Counted from the first letter of the stretch, positions 1 to 9,388 are shown. The stretch: DNA of 64,000 nucleotides from Lentisphaerota bacterium (GCA_015061665.1 SUWC01000006.1:13137-77136); one strand, 5' to 3'. The notes: generated by a model not told the origin, from the sequence alone. Numbers and translations: made by a program.

Positions 1-611
1 GCTACCACGACTATCTGCTGGTTTCGCGCGATATGATAGCCGCTACCGAGCGCTATATCGCCTACAACCCGCTTAAATGGGAGTTGATGTATGGCGTTGA
101 TTCGCGGCTTTATATCAACGAGCCGCTTTTATCGCCGCGCCTCGATGGCGCCGATTATTGGAAGGGCGTAGGCAACCTCTCTCTCTTAGCCCCGGAATCG
201 CCGATGGTTTCTCTCAGAGTTTCGCGCCGAGTTCGCGATATTCCAGCCGTTGTTGCTCGCATGGCGAATGCAGTTGCCAAGGGCTATACGATAATCTCTG
301 GTTTCATTTCGCCCGGGGAGCGCGCAGTGCTCGACATGCTTCGCGCTCGCAAAGGCGCGCGCTTTATTCGCATGAGGCCGAGCTGCATTCCCAACGCGCG
401 ATTCAGGCCCGAGAGCGCATACGTTGAATCCTTTATGGAAGAGCGCTATCTTGAAATCGGGCGCGGCAATGACGAAACTGAATTCTGCCGCGCGGCCTGC
501 CTTGATCTTAACGACGAAATCGCACAAATCGCCGCTGCTGGCGATGGGCTTGCGGTATATTTCACTGAACATGGCCTTGAGGTAATCGCAAGGGGCCATG
601 ATCGTAGCTAG
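1..611 (+). CDS. hypothetical protein, 5' end outside window; tail of an IS200/RAYT-like (Y1) domain followed by a DprA/SLOG-like Rossmann region
   Basis: Frame is open from nt 3 (YHDYLLVSRD precedes the first ATG at 33). ERYIAYNPLKWEL resembles the conserved C-terminal helix of Y1 transposase-like proteins. VAKGYTIISGFISPGERAVL resembles the DprA-type SGxAxGxD segment. Stop at 609-611. Confidence 0.45.
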   Translation, partial: YHDYLLVSRDMIAATERYIAYNPLKWELMYGVDSRLYINEPLLSPRLDGADYWKGVGNLSLLAPESPMVSLRVSRRVRDIPAVVARMANAVAKGYTIISGFISPGERAVLDMLRARKGARFIRMRPSCIPNARFRPESAYVESFMEERYLEIGRGNDETEFCRAACLDLNDEIAQIAAAGDGLAVYFTEHGLEVIARGHDRS

Positions 612-632
612 GCTACAGCAAAGACAAATAAA

Positions 633-1976
633 ATGCTAAACCTTCTTAGAAAACTCCGCTCGCGGTTTGGCGAGCTGTGGTGGTGGTCTGCCATCATATT
701 CATCTCGTGCCGCTTTGGCGACGCGATAAACGCTTTCATCGGGCTCTGGCTTGTGCCTAAGTGGGTTCCGCAGGAAGAGCTCGGCGCGGCGCTCCCCATC
801 CTCCAGGCCGCCACCGCTTTCGGCATACCGCTCACTCTCCTCGTAACGCCGTTTTCCCGCTGGCTTACAATCTACGCCACAAAAGGGGAGAAGGGCAAAA
901 TCAAGCGCCTCCTTTCGATCGTCTGCTACGGGGCTGTCATTGCATTTATAGCCGCAGTCCTCATTTCAAAGTTCATTCTCCCGCTTTTCTTCGAACGTCT
1001 TCGCATTTCCGAAGGCTCCCTTGGATTCCTCATCGTCTGCTCGGGGTTGATCGGACCAGTCGCCAACGTCTTCAACAACGCCCTGCAGGGGCTCAAGCGC
1101 TTCAAGGCGATGTCCGTCATCAACATCTTCGGCGCGCCCGTAAGGCTCGTAGTCATGCTCCTCGCCATGCCGTTCCGCGCGCTGTCCGGCTATGTTCTCG
1201 GACAGATGGCGTCTCCCGTTCTCAACATCGCGGCCGGTTGGTTTTCGCTCCGCAAGGAGCTGGGGCGCGATTTCAAAAGCGAGCCCTTGGGACGCGACGT
1301 CCTTGACATGGGGCGCTACCTAATGCCTTTCGCCGTATACCTCGTCATCGGAACGCTTCTCGGCTCTTGGCAGGCGCTTCTTTTCCGTCAACGCCTGCCC
1401 GACGTCGAATCCGCCGCTTACTACATCATCACCCGCCTTGCCGAGATTGCCGCGTACGCCGGGATGTCGGTCGGCTTCGTCGTCTTTCCGCTTGTCGTTG
1501 AGGCGAAGGAGAAGGGGTCCAAGGATGGCGGACTTCTCGCCAAGATGCTTGCTGGCACGATCATCCCCGGTCTTGCCGTCACGCTGTTCCTCGCGCTATT
1601 CGGGAAGACGGTGCTTGGGATTGTCCCGCTTTGGCGCGACTACGCGCCGTACTCGCTCCTCCTGACCGTCTACACATTCCGAATGACGCTTGTCGCTGCA
1701 TACGGCGCGTTCTATTCCTTCGAGACGGCAGCGGGACGATTCCGCTTCCTCTGGTACTGGGTACCGCTTGCGCTCGCAGAAACGGGCGTTCTGGTCGCGC
1801 TTACGGGCTACGGCGCGTTTCGCGGCATATTGCCCGACGCCGCAGTCGATTGGATGGCGTCGCTCGACGCGGGACGGCTTTCTTTCTTCGTCTGGTGGCT
1901 GTTTGCCTGCTCAATGGCCCACTCAGTAGCCATTGCCACTCAGATAATTGCACGTCGCAGGCGAATTTTGGTATAA
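633..1976 (+). CDS. polytopic membrane protein, MOP/Wzx-type oligosaccharide flippase-like
   Basis: 447 aa made almost entirely of hydrophobic segments with short basic loops and no soluble domain. Family call rests on architecture only. Confidence 0.5.
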   Translation: MLNLLRKLRSRFGELWWWSAIIFISCRFGDAINAFIGLWLVPKWVPQEELGAALPILQAATAFGIPLTLLVTPFSRWLTIYATKGEKGKIKRLLSIVCYGAVIAFIAAVLISKFILPLFFERLRISEGSLGFLIVCSGLIGPVANVFNNALQGLKRFKAMSVINIFGAPVRLVVMLLAMPFRALSGYVLGQMASPVLNIAAGWFSLRKELGRDFKSEPLGRDVLDMGRYLMPFAVYLVIGTLLGSWQALLFRQRLPDVESAAYYIITRLAEIAAYAGMSVGFVVFPLVVEAKEKGSKDGGLLAKMLAGTIIPGLAVTLFLALFGKTVLGIVPLWRDYAPYSLLLTVYTFRMTLVAAYGAFYSFETAAGRFRFLWYWVPLALAETGVLVALTGYGAFRGILPDAAVDWMASLDAGRLSFFVWWLFACSMAHSVAIATQIIARRRRILV

Positions 1977-1977
1977 T
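1966..1977 (+). promoter_or_regulatory. extended -10 promoter motif TTTTGGTATAAT upstream of nadB
   Basis: Member of the recurrent T-tract + TG/GG + TATAAT motif. Lies 30 nt before ATG 2008. The TAA stop of the upstream gene sits inside the TATAAT. Confidence 0.55.
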
Positions 1978-2007
1978 CTTCACATAAAGAACGATTTATT
2001 CCATCAA

Positions 2008-3642
2008 ATGAAGACAATTGACTGCGATTACTTTGTGGTCGGGTCCGGCATGGCCGGACTCATGAGCGCGCTTCACCTTGCCAGCTACGGCAAGGTCGTG
2101 CTCGTCACCAAGGAACGCCTTGCGGACTGCAACACCAACTTCGCGCAGGGTGGCATCTGCTGCGTTATGGATCCCGCCGACACCTTCGACAAGCACGCGC
2201 GCGACACCATGATCGCCGGCGCATGGCTCGGCAAGAGCTCCGTCGTCCATGAAATCTGCGAACACGCGCCCGAGGGGATCCAGGATCTCGTCGACTGCGG
2301 CGTGAAGTTCGGGCGCAAGGAGGACGGCGAGTGGGACCTCACGCGCGAGGGCGGGCACTCCGCGCGTCGCATTCTGCACGCCGGCGACATAACGGGCGAG
2401 AAGTGCGAGGCCGCTATGATACGCAAGATCAAGAAGTCTGGCGTCGACATTCGCGAGCACAACATCGTAATCGACCTCATAATGTCCAACCGCATCGGAA
2501 TCCCGGGCGAGAAGCGCTGCCTCGGCGCGTATGTCATGGAGAAGAAGTCCGGCGAAATCTACGCCGTCCGCACGCCGAACACAGTCCTTGCAACCGGTGG
2601 CTGCGGAAAAGTCTACCTCTACACCTGCAACCCCGACACTGCGAGCGGCGATGGAATCGCAATCGCGTGGCGCGCCGGCGCGAAGATCGAGAACATGGAG
2701 TTCGTCCAGTTCCATCCGACATGCCTATACCATCCGCAGGCCAAGCGCTTCCTGATAAGCGAGGCCGTCCGCGGAGAGGGCGCTGTTCTCGTCGACAAGA
2801 AGGGGCGCGAGTTCATGCACAAGTACGACCCGCGCGGATCGCTCGCGCCGCGCGACATCGTGGCGCGGTCCATCGACTCCGAGATGAAGCGCACGGGCGA
2901 CGACTGCATGTACCTGGACATACGCAGGAAGGGCGAGGCCTACCTCAAGAAGCGCTTCCCCAACATCTACGCCAAGTGCCTCTCCTTCGGAATAGACATG
3001 GCGAAGGACCTCATACCCGTCGTTCCCGCAGCGCACTACATCTGCGGCGGCATACAGGCGACGACGGACGGACGCACTTCGATACGAGGGCTTTCCGCAG
3101 TCGGCGAATGCGCTTGCACCGGCCTTCATGGCGCCAACCGCCTTGCCTCCAACTCGCTCCTCGAGGCGCTCGTCTGCGCGCGCCTTACCGCCGCGCGGCT
3201 CGGTCCGCATCCGGAAAGTTGGGGAACGGGGAATGGGGAATGGGGAAATGGGAATGGGGAACGGGGAACGGGGAAGCCCGACATTCCCGCTTGGAAGACG
3301 GGTGATGCCGTGCCGCCAGATGAGGCTGTCCTTGTCACGCACATGTGGGACGAGATACGCCGCCTGATGTGGGACTACGTCGGCATTGTCCGCACGAACA
3401 AGCGCCTCGCCCGCGCCGCTCACCGCCTGCGCACCCTTAGGCGCGAGATACACGACTACTATTTTCGCTACCTCGTGACGCCCGACACGCTGGAGCTTCG
3501 CAACCTCGCCGTCTGCGCGGAGCTCATCGTCAAGTCGGCGCAGCGCCGCCATGAGAGCCGAGGTCTCCACTACACTCTCGACTACCCGAGGCAGTCAAAG
3601 ACCATCCGCCAAACAGTTCTGCCAGGATATGGAGGAAAATGA
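2008..3642 (+). CDS. nadB: L-aspartate oxidase
   Basis: FAD fold DYFVVGSGMAGL, FAQGGI, HPTC, RHESRGLHY and WDYVGIVRTNKRL are typical of NadB. Start set at ATG 2008 (MKTIDCDYF), because 1948-2007 overlaps the upstream gene and the promoter motif. Confidence 0.9.
   Translation: MKTIDCDYFVVGSGMAGLMSALHLASYGKVVLVTKERLADCNTNFAQGGICCVMDPADTFDKHARDTMIAGAWLGKSSVVHEICEHAPEGIQDLVDCGVKFGRKEDGEWDLTREGGHSARRILHAGDITGEKCEAAMIRKIKKSGVDIREHNIVIDLIMSNRIGIPGEKRCLGAYVMEKKSGEIYAVRTPNTVLATGGCGKVYLYTCNPDTASGDGIAIAWRAGAKIENMEFVQFHPTCLYHPQAKRFLISEAVRGEGAVLVDKKGREFMHKYDPRGSLAPRDIVARSIDSEMKRTGDDCMYLDIRRKGEAYLKKRFPNIYAKCLSFGIDMAKDLIPVVPAAHYICGGIQATTDGRTSIRGLSAVGECACTGLHGANRLASNSLLEALVCARLTAARLGPHPESWGTGNGEWGNGNGERGTGKPDIPAWKTGDAVPPDEAVLVTHMWDEIRRLMWDYVGIVRTNKRLARAAHRLRTLRREIHDYYFRYLVTPDTLELRNLAVCAELIVKSAQRRHESRGLHYTLDYPRQSKTIRQTVLPGYGGK
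3221..3276 (+). repeat. imperfect heptanucleotide tandem repeat (GGGGAAY) x8 inside nadB
   Basis: Units read directly: ggggaac ggggaat ggggaat ggggaaat gggaat ggggaac ggggaac ggggaag. Encodes the Gly/Asn/Glu/Trp-rich insert WGTGNGEWGNGNGERGTGK. Confidence 0.9.
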
Positions 3643-3643
3643 C

Positions 3644-4444
3644 ATGGAAAACATCCTTGAAGTCCGCGACCTCAGGGTCTGGTTCCCGATAAAGAAGGGC
3701 GTCTTTGCGCTTACTTCGGGGTATGTGAAGGCCGTTGACGGCGTCAGCTTCGACCTAAGGCGCGGAGAGACTCTTGGCGTCGTCGGCGAATCGGGCTGCG
3801 GCAAGTCAACCACCTCCCGCGCGATCCTTCTGCTCAACAAGCCCTGCGGAGGGACGATCAAGGTCAACGGCGTGGACATTACCAAGATCAGCGGCAAGGA
3901 CGAGATGAAATACCGCCGAACCGTCCAGGTCGTCTTCCAAGACCCACATGCGGCGCTCAACCCGAGGCACACGGTCCTCGACATCCTTACCGAGGGCATG
4001 ATCTACCACGGGCTGTGCAAGCCGGAGGAGCGCCGGGAGAAGGCGACGGAGCTTCTGAAGGCGGTCGGAATGCCGCTCGACATCCTCGACCGCTATCCGC
4101 ACGAGTTCTCGGGCGGACAGCGCCAGCGCCTCTGCATCGCGAGGGCTATTTCGCTCAAGCCGGAGCTGCTGATCTGCGACGAGGCCGTATCCGCGCTCGA
4201 CCTCACGATCCGCGCGCAGGTGCTCGACCTCCTGGAGGACCTCAAGAAGAAGCTGGGGCTCAGCATCCTCTTCATCACCCACGACCTTGGCGTCGTCCAG
4301 CACGTTGCGGACAGGATAATCGTCATGAACAAGGGCAAGATCGTCGAAAGCGGCGACGCCTCGGAAGTGCTCAAGCACCCCAAGAACGAGTACACCAAGC
4401 GGCTCATGGCGTCCGTCCCCAAGATAGGAAAGCCTCTTTCTTGA
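3644..4444 (+). CDS. Opp/Dpp-type ABC transporter ATP-binding protein (OppF/DppF-like), no cognate permease nearby
   Basis: Walker A GESGCGKST, QDPHAALNPRHTV, signature FSGGQRQR, Walker B LLICDEAVSALD, ITHDL. GGAGGA at 3631-3636 precedes ATG 3644, and the start lies 1 nt after the nadB stop. Confidence 0.85.
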   Translation: MENILEVRDLRVWFPIKKGVFALTSGYVKAVDGVSFDLRRGETLGVVGESGCGKSTTSRAILLLNKPCGGTIKVNGVDITKISGKDEMKYRRTVQVVFQDPHAALNPRHTVLDILTEGMIYHGLCKPEERREKATELLKAVGMPLDILDRYPHEFSGGQRQRLCIARAISLKPELLICDEAVSALDLTIRAQVLDLLEDLKKKLGLSILFITHDLGVVQHVADRIIVMNKGKIVESGDASEVLKHPKNEYTKRLMASVPKIGKPLS

Positions 4445-4462
4445 CCCACAAGCAGCCCGAAA

Positions 4463-4473
4463 TTTGATATAAT
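4463..4473 (+). promoter_or_regulatory. extended -10 promoter motif TTTGATATAAT upstream of ppdK
   Basis: Recurrent motif. An A-rich 36-nt leader without an obvious SD follows. Confidence 0.6.
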
Positions 4474-4509
4474 TTGTGCACTTAAAGCAAAAGAAAAAGA
4501 AACAAAACC

Positions 4510-7151
4510 ATGAGTGAACAGAAAAAGTACGTGTACTTCTTCGGTGCTGGAAAGACCGAAGGCAACGCAAACATGCGCGAGCTGCTGGGCGGCAAGGGCG
4601 CGAACCTCGCCGAGATGGCCGGACTTGGGCTGCCGGTTCCGCAGGGCTTCACGATTTCCACCGAGGCCTGCACGCGCTACTACGACGACGGCAAGGTTAT
4701 CGGCGATGACATCCAGGCGCAGGTCATGGACTACATCGACAAGCTTGAGAAGTCCGCAGGCAAGAAGTTCGGCGACGCGAAGAACCCGCTTCTCGTCTCC
4801 GTCCGCTCCGGCGCGCGCGCTTCCATGCCCGGCATGATGGATACGATCCTCAACCTCGGCCTCAACGAGACGGTTGTCGAATCGCTCGCCGCTCAGACGA
4901 AGAACCCGCGCTGGGCGTGGGACTGCTACCGCCGCTTCATCCAGATGTTCTCCGACGTCGTAATGGAGGTCGGCAAGAAGTACTTCGAGAAGCTCATCGA
5001 CGACATGAAGGCCAAGAAGGGCGTCAAGCTCGACGTCGAACTTTCCGCCGACGACCTCAAGGAGCTCGCCGGACAGTTCAAGGCCGAGTACAAGGCGAAG
5101 ATCGGTTCCGACTTCCCGTCCGACGCAAAGGTCCAGCTCTTCGAGGCGATCAAGGCCGTCTTCCGCAGCTGGGACAACCCGCGCGCCAACGTCTACCGCC
5201 GCGACAACGACATCCCCTACAGCTGGGGCACGGCCGTGAACGTCCAGATGATGGCGTTCGGCAACCTCAACGACAACTCCGGAACGGGCGTCGCCTTCAC
5301 GCGCGATCCCGCGACCGGCGAGAAGAAGCTCATGGGCGAGTTCCTCATGAACGCGCAGGGCGAGGACGTTGTTGCCGGCGTTCGCACCCCGATGCCCATC
5401 GCGAAGATGGCCGAGGTCATGCCCGAGGTCTTCGAGCAGTTCCAGAAGATCTGCCAGACGCTCGAGTCGCACTACCGCGACATGCAGGACATGGAGTTCA
5501 CGATCGAGAACAAGAAGCTCTTCATGCTCCAGACCCGCAACGGCAAGCGCACCGCGAAGGCCGCGCTCAAGATCGCCTGCGATCTCGTCGACGAGGGAAT
5601 GCGCACCGAGGAGGAAGCGGTCCTCATGATCGACCCGCGCAACCTCGACACGCTTCTCCATCCGCAGTTCGACACAGTCGCGCTCAAGAAGGCCAAGGCA
5701 ATCGGACGCGGCCTCGCGGCCTCCCCGGGCGCGGCATGCGGTCGCATCGTCTTCACGGCAGAAGACGCCAAGGCGTGGAAGGCGCGCGGCGAGAAGGTCG
5801 TTCTCGTCCGTCTCGAGACCTCGCCCGAGGACATCGAGGGCATGAAGGCCGCCGAGGGCATCCTCACGGTTCGCGGCGGAATGACATCCCACGCGGCTGT
5901 CGTCGCTCGCGGAATGGGCGAGTGCTGCGTCTCCGGCTGCCAGGATATCACCATGGACGAGGAGAACAAGAAGTTCGTCCTCGCCGGCAAGATGTTCAAG
6001 GAAGGCGACTGGCTCTCCATCGACGGCGGAACGGGCAACATCTACGACGGCGTCATCCCGACGGTCGACGCGACCATCGCGGGCGAGTTCGGCCGCATCA
6101 TGATGTGGGCGGACAAGTTCCGTCGCCTGAAAGTGCGCACGAACGCCGACACTCCGCGCGACGCGAAGAAGGCGCGCGAGCTCGGCGCCGAAGGCATCGG
6201 CCTCTGCCGCACGGAGCACATGTTCTTCTCGCAGAGCCGCATCCTGCCGTTCCGCCAGATGATCTGCGCCGACACCGTCGAGGAGCGCCGCATCGCGCTC
6301 AACAAGATTCTCCCGTTCCAGCAGGACGACTTCGAGCAGCTCTTCGAGGCGCTTGACGGACAGCCCGTCACGATCCGCTTCCTCGATCCGCCGCTGCACG
6401 AGTTCGTGCCGCACACCGAGGACGAGATCGCCCTCCTTGCGAAGGAGACGCACAAGCCGATCTCCCGCATCAAGGAGATCATCGACTCCCTCCACGAGTT
6501 CAACCCGATGATGGGCCACCGCGGCTGCCGCCTGACGGTCACCTACCCCGAAATCGCCGTCATGCAGACGAAGGCGATCATCCGCGCGGCTATCAACGTC
6601 CAGCGCAAGCACAAGGGATGGACGGTCAAGCCGGAGATCATGATTCCGCTCACGGGCGACGTCAAGGAGTTCAAGTTCGTCAAGGACATCGTCGTGCGCG
6701 TCGCGAACGACGAGATACAGGCTGCCGCCATCAAGCTGAACTACGAGGTGGAACGATGATCGAGATTCCGCGCGCAGCGCTCACAGCTGGCGAGATCGCC
6801 GAGGAGGCGGAGTTCTTCTGCTTCGGCACGAACGACCTCACCCAGATGACGTTCGGCTTCAGCCGCGACGATGCGGGCAAGTTCCTCGGCGCGTACTACG
6901 ACAAGAAGATCTACGAGAACGATCCGTTCGCCAAGCTCGACCAGGCCGGCGTCGGCAAGCTCATGGAGATGGCCGTCACGAACGGCAAGGCGACCCGCCC
7001 GAAGCTCCACTGCGGCATCTGCGGCGAGCACGGCGGCGATCCGTCGTCCGTCGAGTTCTGCCACAAGATCGGGCTCAACTACGTCTCCTGCTCGCCGTAT
7101 CGCGTGCCGATCGCGCGCCTTGCGGCTGCCCAGGCGGCCCTCAAGAAGTAA
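4510..7151 (+). pseudogene. ppdK: pyruvate, phosphate dikinase, interrupted by an apparent 1-nt frameshift near 6748-6755 (or a sequencing error)
   Basis: GGKGANLAEM (ATP-grasp), GGMTSHAAVVARG (phosphohistidine swivel), [16 protein letters not shown] and [14 protein letters not shown] (PEP/pyruvate domain). ORF 4510-6759 ends ...KLNYEVER*. The rest of the protein, (G)[22 protein letters not shown]..., continues in another frame from 6756 to 7151. Confidence 0.9.
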
Positions 7152-7172
7152 TCGGTCTATCCGATACACTGC

Positions 7173-7212
7173 AAAGACCCGTTGCGCACCCGCGCGGCGG
7201 GTCTTTTATTTT
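7173..7212 (+). terminator. rho-independent terminator after ppdK
   Basis: AAAGACCCG (7173-7181) pairs with CGGGTCTTT (7198-7206), followed by a T-rich tail TATTTT. Confidence 0.75.
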
Positions 7213-7233
7213 CGCGCATTAACCGTATGCGAA

Positions 7234-7244
7234 TATGATATAAT
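7234..7244 (+). promoter_or_regulatory. extended -10 promoter motif TATGATATAAT upstream of the MraY-like gene
   Basis: Recurrent motif, 33 nt before ATG 7278. Confidence 0.55.
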
Positions 7245-7277
7245 ATTCGTCAAATTAAACGTCAAAAACGAATTAAG

Positions 7278-8450
7278 ATGCTGTATTATATCGCGATGCT
7301 GCTCAAGGACAGCTGGGGGCCTTTCCGCCTCCTGCAGTCTCATGTCGTCCTCCTTGCGGGCGGGACGTTTTTCGCCGCGCTCCTCTCGATGCTCCTTTTG
7401 CCGAAGCTCTGGAGCCTTCTGCCGCGCGACCGGGGCAAGGTCATCTGCTCGGATCTGGGCGGGATGAAGTCCGCCGGCAAGCCCACCGGCGCCGGCATGC
7501 TCGTGACGCTCATCGCGCTTCCAGTCATAGTGCTCTTCGCTCCGCTTGCGTTCTGGGACCTTCTTTCCGTCGGGGCGATCTACTTCGCCATGATATTCGG
7601 CTACCTTGACGACCGTGCGGACACTCCGTGGGGCGAACTCAAGAAGGGGCTTCTCGACGCGGTGGTCTCCATTGCGATCGCGACCTTCATCTTTCTCGGC
7701 CACTCCCATGTCCCAGCCGAGCTCACGAACCTGCCCGAGTTCGCCTACACGTTCGGCGACGACATCTTCAGTTCGGCGGCCGCATGCAAGTCGGCGAGGA
7801 TGATCGTCTGGCTGCCGTTCGTGAAGGGCCTCTGGTTTGCCCCGTGGTGGCTCTACATACCAGCCGCGGCGTCCGTCATCTGGTTCACGCTGAACGCGAC
7901 GAACTGTTCCGACGGCGTGGATGGACTGGCCGGCTCGCTCACGGTCATCGCGCTCGTGATGCTCGCCGTCATCCTTTACATCGTCGTCGGATACCGTCCG
8001 GTCGCTCACTACTTCCTCATTCCCTGCTACTCCGAGGCAGCGCGCTGGGCGATAGTCACGATGATCATCGCCGGAGCGTTCGGCGGCTACCTGTGGTTCA
8101 ACGCAGAGCCTTCCAAGATACTCATGGGCGACGCAGGCAGCCGGTTCCTGGGCGTACTTGTCGCGACGGCCTGCCTCATGACGGGCAACCCGTTCATCGT
8201 CCTCGCCATCGCGCCGATAGTCCTCGTAAACGGCGGAGGCGGCCTGGCAAAGCTAGTCCTTCTCCGCGTCGCCAAGAAGCTCGGCTTCGCGGTTGCTGAC
8301 GACAGCATCATACGCCGCATCCGATTCCCTCTCCACGACCACTTCAAGAAGAACCTCGGCTGGTCCAACGCGCAGGTGCTCATGCGGTTCATCCTGCTCC
8401 AGCTCGCGATAATGCCGGTCCTTCTCATCATCTTCATAAAGATACGCTGA
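7278..8450 (+). CDS. mraY: phospho-N-acetylmuramoyl-pentapeptide-transferase family protein (divergent MraY-like)
   Basis: Polytopic membrane protein with the order of motifs seen in MraY: KSAGKPTGAGM (cf. K-x-TPTMGG), YLDDR, NATNCSDGVDGLAG, FNAEPSKILMGDAGSRFLG, PLHDHFKKNLGW (cf. P-x-HHH-x-E-x-x-GW). Confidence 0.65.
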   Translation: MLYYIAMLLKDSWGPFRLLQSHVVLLAGGTFFAALLSMLLLPKLWSLLPRDRGKVICSDLGGMKSAGKPTGAGMLVTLIALPVIVLFAPLAFWDLLSVGAIYFAMIFGYLDDRADTPWGELKKGLLDAVVSIAIATFIFLGHSHVPAELTNLPEFAYTFGDDIFSSAAACKSARMIVWLPFVKGLWFAPWWLYIPAAASVIWFTLNATNCSDGVDGLAGSLTVIALVMLAVILYIVVGYRPVAHYFLIPCYSEAARWAIVTMIIAGAFGGYLWFNAEPSKILMGDAGSRFLGVLVATACLMTGNPFIVLAIAPIVLVNGGGGLAKLVLLRVAKKLGFAVADDSIIRRIRFPLHDHFKKNLGWSNAQVLMRFILLQLAIMPVLLIIFIKIR

Positions 8451-9379
8451 TGGGAGTTTTCGCGACTATCCTCCTTTTCGCGCTCACGCGCGCGGAACTG
8501 ATCGAACGGTTCAAGGCCGACCCGATCACCAGGGTTGACGGACTTGTCCAGGCGATCGGGGATTGTCCTGCCGACATGCGCCGCGAATATCTCGCGCCGA
8601 TTGCGGCGAACATGGCGGATATATGCAACAGTCTCTACAGGGGCGAGCGAATGAAGCCCATCCGCTTCGACCTGCCTGCGATCATCGTCCACATAGGCGA
8701 CGTGCGCACGAACATCTCCCACATAGCGGTGAAGGTGCAGCGTCGCGACGACGGAACGCGGCTGACGAAGATGTTCATGCCCTCGCCAGGCTTCGCCGAC
8801 ATCGAGAGGTTCAGGCTCGAGACCGTAAAGGCGTTCTACCGTGCCGTAAAGGGCGAGGAGATCGACGACGAAACAGCCATCAGGCGGCTTCACGCGGCCG
8901 ATCCCGATCTGCGCGCCAGGGACAACTACGCGGACCTGGACAAGTGGCTTGCGGGCGAGCCCGTCAAGGAGGACGACGAGCATTTCCTGAAGCTGATGAG
9001 GTCCGTGATCAAGCCTGGCTACGCTAGCGAGTCGGACGTCCTTCGCTTCGCCAGCAGGCTCCGCCTCTATCCGAGGACGATCGACGGATTCTTCTGCGGC
9101 AGGTTCTGGAGCTGTTCCTTCGCCGAGGCCGTCGAGTATGCGAAGATCGATCCGCGCCTGCGCCTCGAGGCGTATGCGAAGGCGCCGCTTCTGATTGCGT
9201 ACGGAGGCGGACACGGAGAGTCTCTTCTTGCCGCCGCCGAGGCCTACTCCAAGTTCCTCTTCGACTTTGCCGCCTACACGAAGACCAAGGAGGAGCTTCT
9301 CAAGGAGCTTGAGGAGGCGGACGCTAAACTCAACCAGGCATACGAGGAATCCCTTGCCGACTCCCGGCCACAGCAATGA
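8450..9379 (+). CDS. hypothetical protein with N-terminal hydrophobic signal/anchor
   Basis: 309-aa ORF whose ATG overlaps the MraY-like stop by 1 nt (TGATG). Codon usage is consistent with neighbours. No motif recognised. Confidence 0.6.
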   Translation: MGVFATILLFALTRAELIERFKADPITRVDGLVQAIGDCPADMRREYLAPIAANMADICNSLYRGERMKPIRFDLPAIIVHIGDVRTNISHIAVKVQRRDDGTRLTKMFMPSPGFADIERFRLETVKAFYRAVKGEEIDDETAIRRLHAADPDLRARDNYADLDKWLAGEPVKEDDEHFLKLMRSVIKPGYASESDVLRFASRLRLYPRTIDGFFCGRFWSCSFAEAVEYAKIDPRLRLEAYAKAPLLIAYGGGHGESLLAAAEAYSKFLFDFAAYTKTKEELLKELEEADAKLNQAYEESLADSRPQQ

Positions 9380-9388
9380 GGTGACGAT

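Noticed and set aside
3221-3276. G-rich repeat as a CRISPR array, telomere-like element or intein
   Set aside because: The units are 6-8 nt with no spacers and lie in-frame inside nadB. The region is far too short for an intein and has no splicing motifs.
4093-6612. 839-aa ORF on the minus strand, the longest ORF in this part of the track
   Set aside because: It lies entirely antisense to ppdK, whose identity is unambiguous. Its translation is the Arg/Ala/Leu/Asp/Val/Glu/His-rich shadow typical of GC-rich genomes, and it contains no recognisable motif.
6745-6760. Programmed -1 ribosomal frameshift in ppdK
   Set aside because: There is no X-XXY-YYZ slippery heptamer and no obvious downstream stimulatory structure. 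The junction is restored by adding one G, which fits a simple indel or sequencing error better.
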